This document shows positions 1 to 9,064 of a stretch of DNA of 64,000 nt, piece by piece. Every line of letters begins with the position of its first letter. Position 1 is the stretch's first letter. Source of the DNA: Candidatus Brocadiia bacterium (GTDB lineage: Bacteria; Planctomycetota; Brocadiia; SM23-32); the NCBI GenBank assembly GCA_046538485.1, contig JBKHIT010000002.1, positions 32,001-96,000 on the forward strand, written 5' to 3'. Position numbers and translations under genes: made by a program. Under the pieces are notes generated by a model. The model was not told where the DNA came from and did no database searches. It was given only the letters and a program-made list of their open reading frames with translations.

Positions 1-14
1 CATTGGCCCTCCTT
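1..14 (-). CDS. Start of a minus-strand gene that leaves the window: ATG at 3..1 plus its Shine-Dalgarno; product unknown
   Basis: Plus strand CATtggcCCTCCTT reads AAGGAGG-N4-ATG on the minus strand. Only one codon is visible. Confidence 0.5.
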
Positions 15-921
15 CAACAACGGGTTGTTTCTCGGTTCCGGGTAAAACCCAATATAGAGCGCAAGGTTTCGCATGCCCGCGGATGAAAGCCACATAGCGT
101 ATATGATGGGGACCGGAATCGAGGCGAATAGGGGCTCCGTGTTGCCCTTTGCGCGCATAAGGATTTTTCTTTTTAGGCGGCCATTGCGAAATCAACTGTC
201 CATCGACATGGAGATAAGAGGGGTCCTGACTGATGGCTACAAAGTGATACTCACCTGATTTCGGACAGTTTATATAACCGTCGTAGATAATAATATAATT
301 GCTTTGAGGTCCAAAAGGGTTGTAAGCATCGTTGAAATGATGCCAGAAATCTTTGCCATAGACTTTTGTTCCTTCACGAAGCGTTTGAGATGCCTGTTTC
401 CATGTCCCAAACGTTGCAGCTTTCGGCAGAGCGCGCGTTTCGAGGGTAAGTCCTGCACGGAAATTATACTTGCTTGCAGTACGGGCTGAGCGGTTTCCGA
501 AATATACGGAATAAAGAGTTGTCTTTTCTTTTTTTTCCTTTTTGCCGGAACTTTTTTCCCCAAAAACCACAAGATGCCGAACGTTCTGCTCGGAATGAAG
601 TATCGTATGGGGGACTCCTTTCCCGTCCCGGTCTGTCACCCGGATATCCTGCCCTCGAGGCCTGGCTCTTTTCCCGGTGAATAACCAGATTCGGTAGGGT
701 CCGCCTTTGTTGGGGACCCGGACGAGTTTGCGATAGGCCCATGATTTATCCACCCATTTTGTCTGACCGTATACATGTGGCAATATGGCCACGGACACAA
801 AAAAAAGCGCAAAAATACTGAGAGGGGTGAGGCCTTTACCTTTTGTTTTCATGGTATGACATTTCAACAAAGCGAGGGGGCGCGCACATTTGCTGGATAA
901 TCTGCCCACCCGGGGAAATTT

Positions 922-2049
922 TTAGAAAACGGGAAAATCGTCTTCCATACGTTTTGGGCTTTCCCGTTCTACTTCTATTTTTTTATGTTTGCTGAAGTTG
1001 TCGAACTCTTCTTTTTCAAAGCCAATGATTTCGAGTCTAACGTTGTCCCAGTAGTAGACGCCGACGGGCCAATACGAGTAAAGCTGGACTTGAATCCATT
1101 GCGGCTCGAGTCGTTTGCCCTCGACGGTTGATCGTGATTTTGCGGGGTGGAGAATTCGGGAGAAACGTTTCCATTTCCGCCCCAGTCCGTGCAGTCCCAT
1201 AGGTGCTCGGTAAGCATTTCTTTTGATGACCTGGATGCCTTCAGTGGTTTTCATCTTCTGGTCGATGAACCCTTTTACAAAAACTTTTGCTCCTCCCTGT
1301 TGTTTGACGCGGGCATCGACAGTTACTCGATAAATAGCTCCTTTTCGGTGCCGGATAAAGGGACCTTTGTAATGAATACCGTGGAGTCCCCCAACAGCAT
1401 CGTAGTGGGGGGGAGAAGTAAATTGAGGTTTCGGAGGATCAGGAAGCGGACATTTTTTGAGCACAAATTGCGCACGCCAGTTTAAGCGTTCTTGCAATTT
1501 TCGGATATTGGTAATGATTTTACCGTTGAAAGGCAACCATTGTTTCTCGGAGATTCGGGTATCCATCTTTATGCATCTTTTGCCGTGGGAACCCCCTTTG
1601 ACCCAGAAACTCCCCAATCTGTCGACCGGTTCCCATTTGTAAGGCCACCAGCGTCCTTTTTCGAAACTGTGATTAGCAATGAGATTTTTACTGATGGGTT
1701 TGAAACGCAAAGCAGCGACAGAACGGGGCATTTTGCGAAAATTTTTCGAACCGCAATTGGGGCACTTGTATTTTCCACTTGCAAGTTTTGCGTCGCTTTC
1801 TTTGCTCATCTGTTTTGTGGTTCGGATTTCACCACAATCCTGACAGACCCACATTGTTTGACCGCGCGCGACAGGGATATTTTGTTCTGGCAGCTGCGGG
1901 AGCCATTGAGGCTTAACCACCTTGAACTCATCCTTATTTTTTTCTCCCGCATCAGTGTTTTTCTTTTTTTCAGCTTCAGCGGCGAGCACTGTAGCTGCCA
2001 TGGCAAGCAACAGGAAAACGAACACGCTATAATTGACTTTATGAATCAT
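922..2049 (-). CDS. Secreted protein with a CxxC..CxxC zinc-ribbon-like motif and a CBM4/9-like jelly-roll domain; last gene of MoxR cluster 1
   Basis: 375 aa. Hydrophobic signal peptide (VFVFLLLAMAATVLA-A), CQDCG...CPNCGS, and CBM-like NLIANHSFEKG / HGKRCIKM / YYWDNVRL. GGAGG SD upstream. Confidence 0.75.
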   Translation of the reverse strand: MIHKVNYSVFVFLLLAMAATVLAAEAEKKKNTDAGEKNKDEFKVVKPQWLPQLPEQNIPVARGQTMWVCQDCGEIRTTKQMSKESDAKLASGKYKCPNCGSKNFRKMPRSVAALRFKPISKNLIANHSFEKGRWWPYKWEPVDRLGSFWVKGGSHGKRCIKMDTRISEKQWLPFNGKIITNIRKLQERLNWRAQFVLKKCPLPDPPKPQFTSPPHYDAVGGLHGIHYKGPFIRHRKGAIYRVTVDARVKQQGGAKVFVKGFIDQKMKTTEGIQVIKRNAYRAPMGLHGLGRKWKRFSRILHPAKSRSTVEGKRLEPQWIQVQLYSYWPVGVYYWDNVRLEIIGFEKEEFDNFSKHKKIEVERESPKRMEDDFPVF

Positions 2050-2061
2050 GTCAGCCTCCCT

Positions 2062-5000
2062 TTATTTTGCCGCATTCTCTGCTAATGAACGGAAATAATT
2101 ATCGACGAGCGGCTTGTACTCCCGGGGAACTTCGTCCCGTTCCGACGAGGCAATCTCGTCGCGAATTTCTTCAGGAATCAAAGCCGAACGATCACGTCGC
2201 AGCTGTTTTTGCTTTTGCATAAGCCCCTTCGTCTCGGCCAGCCCTTTCAGAAGGACACGGCGTTTTTTGGACGCATTGGGAATATGTTCTCCCAACTCCA
2301 TATCTTCGTGGAGCTGTTTCATAAGGCCAATACTATCAGTGAGTTTGCCGGTTGGGTAATGGCGTTTCTCAAGTTCCCTTTTCAGACGCTGGGCCTTGTC
2401 GATAAGCTGTTTTTGTTGCCGGGCCATTCGTTTCATTTTTTTAGCCTGAGGTGGGGCCTGGCCCTGAAAACCCTTTCGACCCCAGCCGCTGGCCTTCCCC
2501 CCGCCGGTGGCTCCAGTAGGAGGTTCGGGCGCAGTATCTTTCACGTGGCCGGCCTCGAAAGGATCGGGAGTTTTGCGGGTAGGTGTTTTACGACCGCCTT
2601 TCCCGGTTGCCGTATCTTCGACCATCTGGCCGCTCGACATCCCTGTGCGGCCTTCGCCGCTGCGGCCGCCGACGTTATTCTCATTGGGAAGCTTATTTCC
2701 TGTTACACCCTTAGCGCTCATATTGGCGAGCGGTCCGTCGGCGGTGTCCCAGCCAATGCCTTTATCCATACTTGAGAGACTGTTGGCGTTTGCATCTTCT
2801 GCTTCCTGGCTGAGTTCGTCTTCTTCGGCCATCAAGTCGCCAATAAGGTCCTCAAGTTGTTCGGGAAGATCCGTTACAGGAGCAGGCGTTTCTTTGTCCA
2901 TGGCTTCCATTTTCCAGCTTATGTTGTCTTTACCCTCTGTGAGCCATTTTTCGATATTTTCTTCGATTTTCTCCGAACCTCCTGCCGCGCTTTCCTCCAT
3001 CGAGCAGGCGATTTCCGTGGCTTTTTTCTTGAGAGCATCCGCAGCGGCCTGAACTTCGCTGTAGACTTCCATATGTTCTTTGGCCATGGAGGCAAGACCG
3101 AAATCCTGCTGAGGGAGATCGCTCAGATCATTGGCTTTTTTCTGGAAATAGTTGGCCCATTCCAGTTCTTTAGCAATGGCTTCTTTGAGTTTTTCTTCTT
3201 CTTCGTCCGTGAACTGATCGACCGCTTTGTCGGCCAGTTTACGGGTAAGTTTGGATATTTTGCGCTGGTCTTCCTGGAACTGCCGCAGTTTTTCCAACAT
3301 TTTTTCGGCCTGTTGTTTTTGATCGAGAAGGGGGTCTTCCTTGTCAGAAACATCTTCTTCCTGATCCTGCTCATCGAGCCGTTTGGCGAGAAGCCCCCGT
3401 GGATCCTCAAGGAGTTTTTCCAGCTGGGCTATAATAACCTTTTCAGTTTGAGCGGCTTTTTTCGCAGCCGGTGCAATTTCATCGTTTTGTTTTGCGTTAG
3501 ACAGCGTTTTAAGTTCTTCCACAGCGCGGGAGATTTCGCTCCTTACGATGGTTGCCAGACCTTCGACGAGATCCGATATGTCGCCTCCTTTTCCGGCGTT
3601 TTCACGGACGGCCCCGCTGCCCGTGGCATAAATCTCCTCCTGGGCTTTGACGAGACTCTGTGCGCGGACGTCGAACCTTTTCCTGGCGTCTTCTTCTTCG
3701 GCGATGTTGCCAAATCCAACGTCATTCCAATTGCCAAGTTTTTCAGTCCCTCCAAGGTTGCCTTTTTGCATTGCAATCATCTTTGAGATGATGCGCCGAA
3801 CAGCTTGCTTTTGCTTTTCGTTTTCCGAACTGGCAAGTTTGTCCGATAGAGCTTTAATTTCATACGTTCGACTTTTCCCGGTATTTTCACCTCGCCCCTC
3901 TCGACCATCGTGTGCGCGGAAAAAGTACCGATAGACCTCTCCAGGCTCGGCTTTCAACTCTTCCATACTGAGGACCGTGCCTTCACGCAATTCGGTTTTA
4001 TTCCCCTCGTATTTCCACCTTTTATACTCTTCCCATTCTCCCCCTGCGCCTTTTTGAACGTGCATCGTCAGTTTGCGCAAAGAGAAATCGTCTCTGACCT
4101 CAACCAGCATGGCAATTTTCTCTTTTACTCCCGCTGTTATATCCTTGCCCGGTTCAATGACCTTGGCGGCGGCTGGCTCATCGGGCAGTGCCTGAATCTG
4201 GCGGGTAACTGGTTCATTTGGGATGTTGTTTTCGTCGACGATCTTGATCCGATACTGCCCGCTGTGCCCGACCTGGAAACTGGCACTAACTATTTGGGGA
4301 CTTGGCGTCCTGAGTTTGACGCGTTCTTTTTTAGTTTCAGGTTCGGAACCGCCAGGTTTCCCCGGTACCAGGAAAAAGAGTTCGAGATCCCCTCCGGAGA
4401 GAGCACGGTTGGATTTTGCGCGGATTGTAATATGAGTTCCCGTCAGGACTTTAATATTGCCGGTTTTGCTGATTTCTGTTTTCTTGCCTACGCCGGTGTA
4501 ATCTGGATAGCGGTAAGTTATACTCAGCTCTTCGATTTTAGGCCGTTTCTGAACCGCCACATGGTATTTTTTACTTGTTGCATCACCCGCTTTTACCCAG
4601 TATTTGAAACCATGTTTTAGATTGACAAATTCGTATGCAAAATGCGTTTCCTGGTCCGTCATATTTCTGGCTTTTGCGCCATTTTTATCGCCTTCAAAAT
4701 CGTAATAGATCGTTGCACCGGCAGGGATCTGACCTTCGCAATGTGCTTCAATCAGAAGAGAATCGCCTTCCAGGCAGGTGGCACCTTCGGGTCGAACGGT
4801 AAGGCGTGTGTCAGTGACGGGGGCAACCTGTTTGTGCGGGGTGGCATAGCGTTTGACGGCATTTGTGAAATGTTGAGTGAAGGCCATGCCGTAGATAATG
4901 ACGAACGCGGCCAGTGTGATAACCCATTTTCCCCATTTCCACAACGGCCGGGGACTGGTCGATCCTTTCATATCGCACTGCCTGACCGCATCGACGGTTT

Positions 5001-5394
5001 CGTCCAGTTGTGATCGAACCATTCTCTGTGTAACAGGATCAGGTATACGTTCTTTGTGGAGGAGCACGGCATTGATCAAACGATTGTCCAGGTCTTCGTG
5101 TTTTTTTTCTACGTGGCGCGCAACCATTTCATCGGTAAGGGGACGTCGCATACTTTGCAGAAATTTGTAACCCAGCATGTAGCCGGCCAGTCCCAGAAAC
5201 GCTGCGGCGTAGGTCACACGGACAGCCTGGGGGAGATTCCAGATATTGTCAGCAACAAGACCGGCTACCAGGGCTAAAAGGACAAAAGTAAGTCCTCGCA
5301 AAACGGTGCTTCCGACGGCGATAGTCCGCCATACGCGCCGTGCCTGATTGAGACGTTGGCTCACCATCTGCATTCGACCATCGCGAATTGCCAT
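2062..5394 (-). CDS. DUF4175-like membrane-anchored protein: 3 TM helices, Ig-like domains, long acidic coiled coil, Gly-rich tail
   Basis: 1110 aa. N-terminal TMs, NRLINA motif, Ig-like YPDYTG and DDFSL segments, E/Q/K heptads, C-terminal VPREYKPLVDNYFRSL motif typical of this family in MoxR operons. Confidence 0.75.
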   Translation of the reverse strand: MAIRDGRMQMVSQRLNQARRVWRTIAVGSTVLRGLTFVLLALVAGLVADNIWNLPQAVRVTYAAAFLGLAGYMLGYKFLQSMRRPLTDEMVARHVEKKHEDLDNRLINAVLLHKERIPDPVTQRMVRSQLDETVDAVRQCDMKGSTSPRPLWKWGKWVITLAAFVIIYGMAFTQHFTNAVKRYATPHKQVAPVTDTRLTVRPEGATCLEGDSLLIEAHCEGQIPAGATIYYDFEGDKNGAKARNMTDQETHFAYEFVNLKHGFKYWVKAGDATSKKYHVAVQKRPKIEELSITYRYPDYTGVGKKTEISKTGNIKVLTGTHITIRAKSNRALSGGDLELFFLVPGKPGGSEPETKKERVKLRTPSPQIVSASFQVGHSGQYRIKIVDENNIPNEPVTRQIQALPDEPAAAKVIEPGKDITAGVKEKIAMLVEVRDDFSLRKLTMHVQKGAGGEWEEYKRWKYEGNKTELREGTVLSMEELKAEPGEVYRYFFRAHDGREGRGENTGKSRTYEIKALSDKLASSENEKQKQAVRRIISKMIAMQKGNLGGTEKLGNWNDVGFGNIAEEEDARKRFDVRAQSLVKAQEEIYATGSGAVRENAGKGGDISDLVEGLATIVRSEISRAVEELKTLSNAKQNDEIAPAAKKAAQTEKVIIAQLEKLLEDPRGLLAKRLDEQDQEEDVSDKEDPLLDQKQQAEKMLEKLRQFQEDQRKISKLTRKLADKAVDQFTDEEEEKLKEAIAKELEWANYFQKKANDLSDLPQQDFGLASMAKEHMEVYSEVQAAADALKKKATEIACSMEESAAGGSEKIEENIEKWLTEGKDNISWKMEAMDKETPAPVTDLPEQLEDLIGDLMAEEDELSQEAEDANANSLSSMDKGIGWDTADGPLANMSAKGVTGNKLPNENNVGGRSGEGRTGMSSGQMVEDTATGKGGRKTPTRKTPDPFEAGHVKDTAPEPPTGATGGGKASGWGRKGFQGQAPPQAKKMKRMARQQKQLIDKAQRLKRELEKRHYPTGKLTDSIGLMKQLHEDMELGEHIPNASKKRRVLLKGLAETKGLMQKQKQLRRDRSALIPEEIRDEIASSERDEVPREYKPLVDNYFRSLAENAAK

Positions 5395-5398
5395 TAAA

Positions 5399-6619
5399 TC
5401 ACTCCTTTGCTCGTGTCTTTACGGGAGCGGGCGGAATTGGTTTTTCGTTTGTTTGTCTCAGTTTAAGGGCAAGATCCAGATCGGGATTTTTTGCCGTGAT
5501 TTTATGTCCCCCCAGGTTCGGCGAAACAACCACTGTTTGCGGTGGGTCTTCCGCGCTGTCACAGAGTTTTCGCAGAATAAAATGGCGTTTGACGATCGTC
5601 CATTGATCCCCACGCCGTTTGAGATGCCAAATTTCATAGCGGCGCAGTTTCTCCACCCAGGCCCATTTTTTGGGATCCGAAAACTCGAGATTTCCCCTCC
5701 GGACCATCTGGACCAGCACAAAGCATTCTTCTTTGTTCCCGGCGCCGTAGATGGGTTTTTCGACTTCAAACACACTGCGGACATTTGATTTCCAGTTTTC
5801 AATGTGGTTCATGACTGCAGCATCCAGGCGGCTTGCGCCCTTATCTTTTTCATTGCTGAAATACCCGTAAATATGATCATTGGTCACAACGAACAGATCC
5901 TGAGTGCCACTCATGCACTCAGTGAGCTGGAATTGCCCACCGCGTTTTACGGCGCTCCTGATGGAAGTATCTGATTCGCGATGGAGCGCGATGATATGCA
6001 GCGCCACTTCATCGCCTTTTGTGTAGAGTGTGCCACGGATCGAACCGAGTGCTCCTGCGGCATCATCGGTGAAAGCAATCGATTTTGGATAAACCAAATT
6101 CTCCAGTTTTTCACCAACTTTCCCTTGCATTTTGCGCTTTATGGCCAGGCGTCTGCGGTTACCTTCCCGGTCTTCGAAAACGACCATTCGGGCCAGAGGG
6201 GGACCCTGAACCTTTTTGTCATTTCCAAAAGTTGCGCGCACTTGAAAACGCCTGATCGGGTAGACCTCGCCCGTGTAAACCTTCTCATCTCGCCCATCTT
6301 CACGGAAGATCCATTTTTTGTCCATATGTTGTTTTTCAATCACAACGTCGATGCGTTTCAGGGCTTTAACCGGGACGTTGTAGTAGCGGTCTTTACTATC
6401 AAGAAAAACCTTCATCTGGTTGTTGGTAATGTGGATTTTTCCAACAGCTTTTTGGCCGTTGCTGAATTCCACCGTCGCGGGGCGCCAGATTCGTTTTGGT
6501 TTTGCAAAGTTGACACTGACAAAAAAAGCGGAAAATAAGATTGCCAGCAGGGCCACAAGTTTTAGCCGCATTTTTATATCCTTTTGCCTGGCGGGAATTT
6601 CGTAGAAACAGTGTACCAT
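5399..6619 (-). CDS. Hypothetical exported protein within MoxR cluster 1
   Basis: 406 aa. Signal-peptide-like segment MRLKLVALLAILFSAFFVSVNFA, so the true start may be this later Met. Ends 4 nt before the next gene. Confidence 0.75.
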   Translation of the reverse strand: MVHCFYEIPARQKDIKMRLKLVALLAILFSAFFVSVNFAKPKRIWRPATVEFSNGQKAVGKIHITNNQMKVFLDSKDRYYNVPVKALKRIDVVIEKQHMDKKWIFREDGRDEKVYTGEVYPIRRFQVRATFGNDKKVQGPPLARMVVFEDREGNRRRLAIKRKMQGKVGEKLENLVYPKSIAFTDDAAGALGSIRGTLYTKGDEVALHIIALHRESDTSIRSAVKRGGQFQLTECMSGTQDLFVVTNDHIYGYFSNEKDKGASRLDAAVMNHIENWKSNVRSVFEVEKPIYGAGNKEECFVLVQMVRRGNLEFSDPKKWAWVEKLRRYEIWHLKRRGDQWTIVKRHFILRKLCDSAEDPPQTVVVSPNLGGHKITAKNPDLDLALKLRQTNEKPIPPAPVKTRAKE

Positions 6620-6643
6620 CGTTCCTTCCCCCTTCCTTGTTCT

Positions 6644-6672
6644 ATTATACAGTCAATTTGCTTTAAGCCCAA
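6644..6672 (-). promoter_or_regulatory. Candidate internal sigma70-type promoter (TTGGGC-N17-TATAAT)
   Basis: Perfect -10 and weak -35 at 17-nt spacing in the 6620-6691 gap. Confidence 0.35.
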
Positions 6673-6691
6673 AGGTTTTTCAAAATCTGCT

Positions 6692-9010
6692 TCAACTCAA
6701 TGCAAATCTTTTACGCAAAAACCATTCCGCTGACAGACAAGCAAGCAGAATCATGAAAAAACCCGGTGCATTCCAGAGATTTAATTCCTCCTGATGTGTG
6801 ACATTGCGACGTTTTTCTTCGAGGTCGTCCGGGATTTGTGCTGCGTCTTTAAGCTCATAAAATTTTCCGCCGCTTTCCCCGGCCACTGAGCGCATCGCGA
6901 GTTCGTCGACATCCACACGGTCAAATTCGGTTGTCGGCTTTCCCACCACGAAATCAAATTGGGCTTTTCCCAATGGCCCTGCGTCGTCGGAGGCCGACAC
7001 TGTGACCTTGTAGATGCCACCGGCAGGGGGCTGGAAAGTGCTTTGGTACTGACCCATACTAAGAGGTATCGGTTGAAGCGCCACTTCAGCACTGCTTTCG
7101 GTGTATTCTTGGCCTCTTTCGTTTAGTTTTTTTACTTTTACAGGGTATTCGATAGCAGCCGTAACAGTGACGTTTTCAAGGGGCTGCTTGTCATGGCCTC
7201 GCACTCTTGCGTGCAACTGCATTTCCTCCCCGTGTTTATATTGTGTTTTGCCGGGCCAGGCGCGTATATTCTCTTCACCCTCAAATTCTTCCGTTGAGGG
7301 TTGAGACAGCCAGCGGACGGTCTGACGCCAGAAGCGGTAATAGGGTGATTCAAGTCCCCGGGCTTCAACCTGAAATTTCCACTTCCAGGTAGTATCTGCC
7401 ATCAGAGCCAGCACGCGTCCTCCACCGTACTTTCTCGTAGCAATTATGGGCAGAGGTTCGCCCGCAACCCGTTCGGTAGGATGCACCGTAAGGACCTCAG
7501 CTCCGCCAAGAACTCCTGATACCTTATTAGCACCATCGAGCAAAGCTCTCTGAGAGCCCCTTGAAAAGAACTCCTTACAGCCTTCCAGAACGGGGTGATT
7601 GCGTCCAGCTATGGTAAGCTTGGGCAGAAATTTTGCGTTGATATGCCCATCGTCATCACCAATTCGCACGGGCAGCATTTCTGCAACGTGGCTGTCTGCC
7701 CAACCACCAGCTCCAAGCGCATGGTAACCTCCCATTACGCAGAGCCCTCCGCCATCGCCGACGAATTCTTGCAGGTATTCGAGCTGGGTTTCCGAAAATT
7801 CGCGGCGGGAAATGTCGCCCAGAATGATAACGTCAAACTTTTCATAGTCTTTCTTGTGGACGGGAAGCCCCATATTCAATTTTATGCCTGGATCGACTCC
7901 CTGGTGGAAGAAGCGGTCTTTTCGCAATTTAATGACGCTTGTGAACTCAACGTTCGGGTCGCTTTCAAGAACGTGACGCAAAAATTTATATTCCTGTCGA
8001 ACGGTTCCCTCTACCAGGAGCGTGGGGATTTTTGGGTCAATGATGCGGACCGTGAAAGTGCGTTTATTATTTTTCTCAATCGTTTCTCCCTCGAGCACAG
8101 GGAAGGAGAGTTCCAGTTCATAGAGGCCTGTTTTTTCTGGCGTATAGCTAATTTCCACTTCTCTCATGCCATCACTGGCCGGGAAAAGGATGTGTTTTGA
8201 TGCCAGGTTTTCTCCTTTTTGTTTGAGCTCAAGCGGGAGCTTTCTTTCGGCCTCGGTAAAACGACCGAGTCCGTGATTGCTCACACGAATCTGTATCGTG
8301 GCTTTGTTATCCACGATAAATTCAAGGTCGCGCGGGACGCTGGCAATGCCAAGGTCGACGAATTCACCCTGTTCGACCATTTTCCCGCCGGCCAGGAGAG
8401 TGTAAACCGGAACGCCGAGAAAACGCGCAACATCCTGAGGGTTAGCCCCTTTAGTATTGATACCATCGCTCAATAAAATCAGTCCGCTGATCGCACTTTC
8501 GCCGATTCGACTGACTGTTTCTTTGACTGCTTCACCAATGGCTGTGGCTTTATGGGGCTCTTCGGATTCTGGGAGCCCACTTTTTTTGACGAATTGATCG
8601 GGATTTTCAATTTCAGTGACGAAAGATCCGAAAGTGTATGTATGGACCTTTTGTTCTTCCTGAAGTTTCTCAAGTAACTTGTCTTCTCCCAGAGCATCCA
8701 TGGCGGCCTTGAGACGTGTCTTGCCCTCGGCTGCGTCCTTGATGCCCATGCTCTCCGATATGTCGAGCAGCACAAGAGCTACGGTGTTTTCTTTTTCTGT
8801 CCGGCTGTAACGGATCACAGGTTTCAGCAGGAACAGTGCAATTACCAGAACAGCCAGTGATCGGAGCAGCACGAGAAGTTTGAAGACCCGGGGAGGAACA
8901 CGTTCTTTTTTTCTTCGGTAGAATACGTAACAGAGCAGCCCTACAGCAAGAGCCCCCGCGAAGACGATGGTTGCATTCCAGGTGCTCTGGAATGCCAGTT
9001 CCCAGTTCAT
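6692..9010 (-). CDS. Membrane-anchored vWA plus class I glutamine-amidotransferase-like (DUF1355-type) domain protein
   Basis: Two N-terminal TMs, MIDAS LLDISESM and LLSDG, FDVIILGD...FVGDGGGLCVMGG GATase-like fold, DTTWKW...FWRQTVRWL motif, C-terminal TM EWFLRKR. Start set at MNWELA (GGAG SD). Confidence 0.85.
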   Translation of the reverse strand: MNWELAFQSTWNATIVFAGALAVGLLCYVFYRRKKERVPPRVFKLLVLLRSLAVLVIALFLLKPVIRYSRTEKENTVALVLLDISESMGIKDAAEGKTRLKAAMDALGEDKLLEKLQEEQKVHTYTFGSFVTEIENPDQFVKKSGLPESEEPHKATAIGEAVKETVSRIGESAISGLILLSDGINTKGANPQDVARFLGVPVYTLLAGGKMVEQGEFVDLGIASVPRDLEFIVDNKATIQIRVSNHGLGRFTEAERKLPLELKQKGENLASKHILFPASDGMREVEISYTPEKTGLYELELSFPVLEGETIEKNNKRTFTVRIIDPKIPTLLVEGTVRQEYKFLRHVLESDPNVEFTSVIKLRKDRFFHQGVDPGIKLNMGLPVHKKDYEKFDVIILGDISRREFSETQLEYLQEFVGDGGGLCVMGGYHALGAGGWADSHVAEMLPVRIGDDDGHINAKFLPKLTIAGRNHPVLEGCKEFFSRGSQRALLDGANKVSGVLGGAEVLTVHPTERVAGEPLPIIATRKYGGGRVLALMADTTWKWKFQVEARGLESPYYRFWRQTVRWLSQPSTEEFEGEENIRAWPGKTQYKHGEEMQLHARVRGHDKQPLENVTVTAAIEYPVKVKKLNERGQEYTESSAEVALQPIPLSMGQYQSTFQPPAGGIYKVTVSASDDAGPLGKAQFDFVVGKPTTEFDRVDVDELAMRSVAGESGGKFYELKDAAQIPDDLEEKRRNVTHQEELNLWNAPGFFMILLACLSAEWFLRKRFALS

Positions 9011-9064
9011 CTTATCTCCATGCTCATTAGAGAGAAAAGGCAATCATAGGGCCGCTAAGGTGCA

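Noticed and set aside
230..921. Replication origin (oriC)
   Set aside because: Only one imperfect DnaA box seen and no dnaA/dnaN context in the window.
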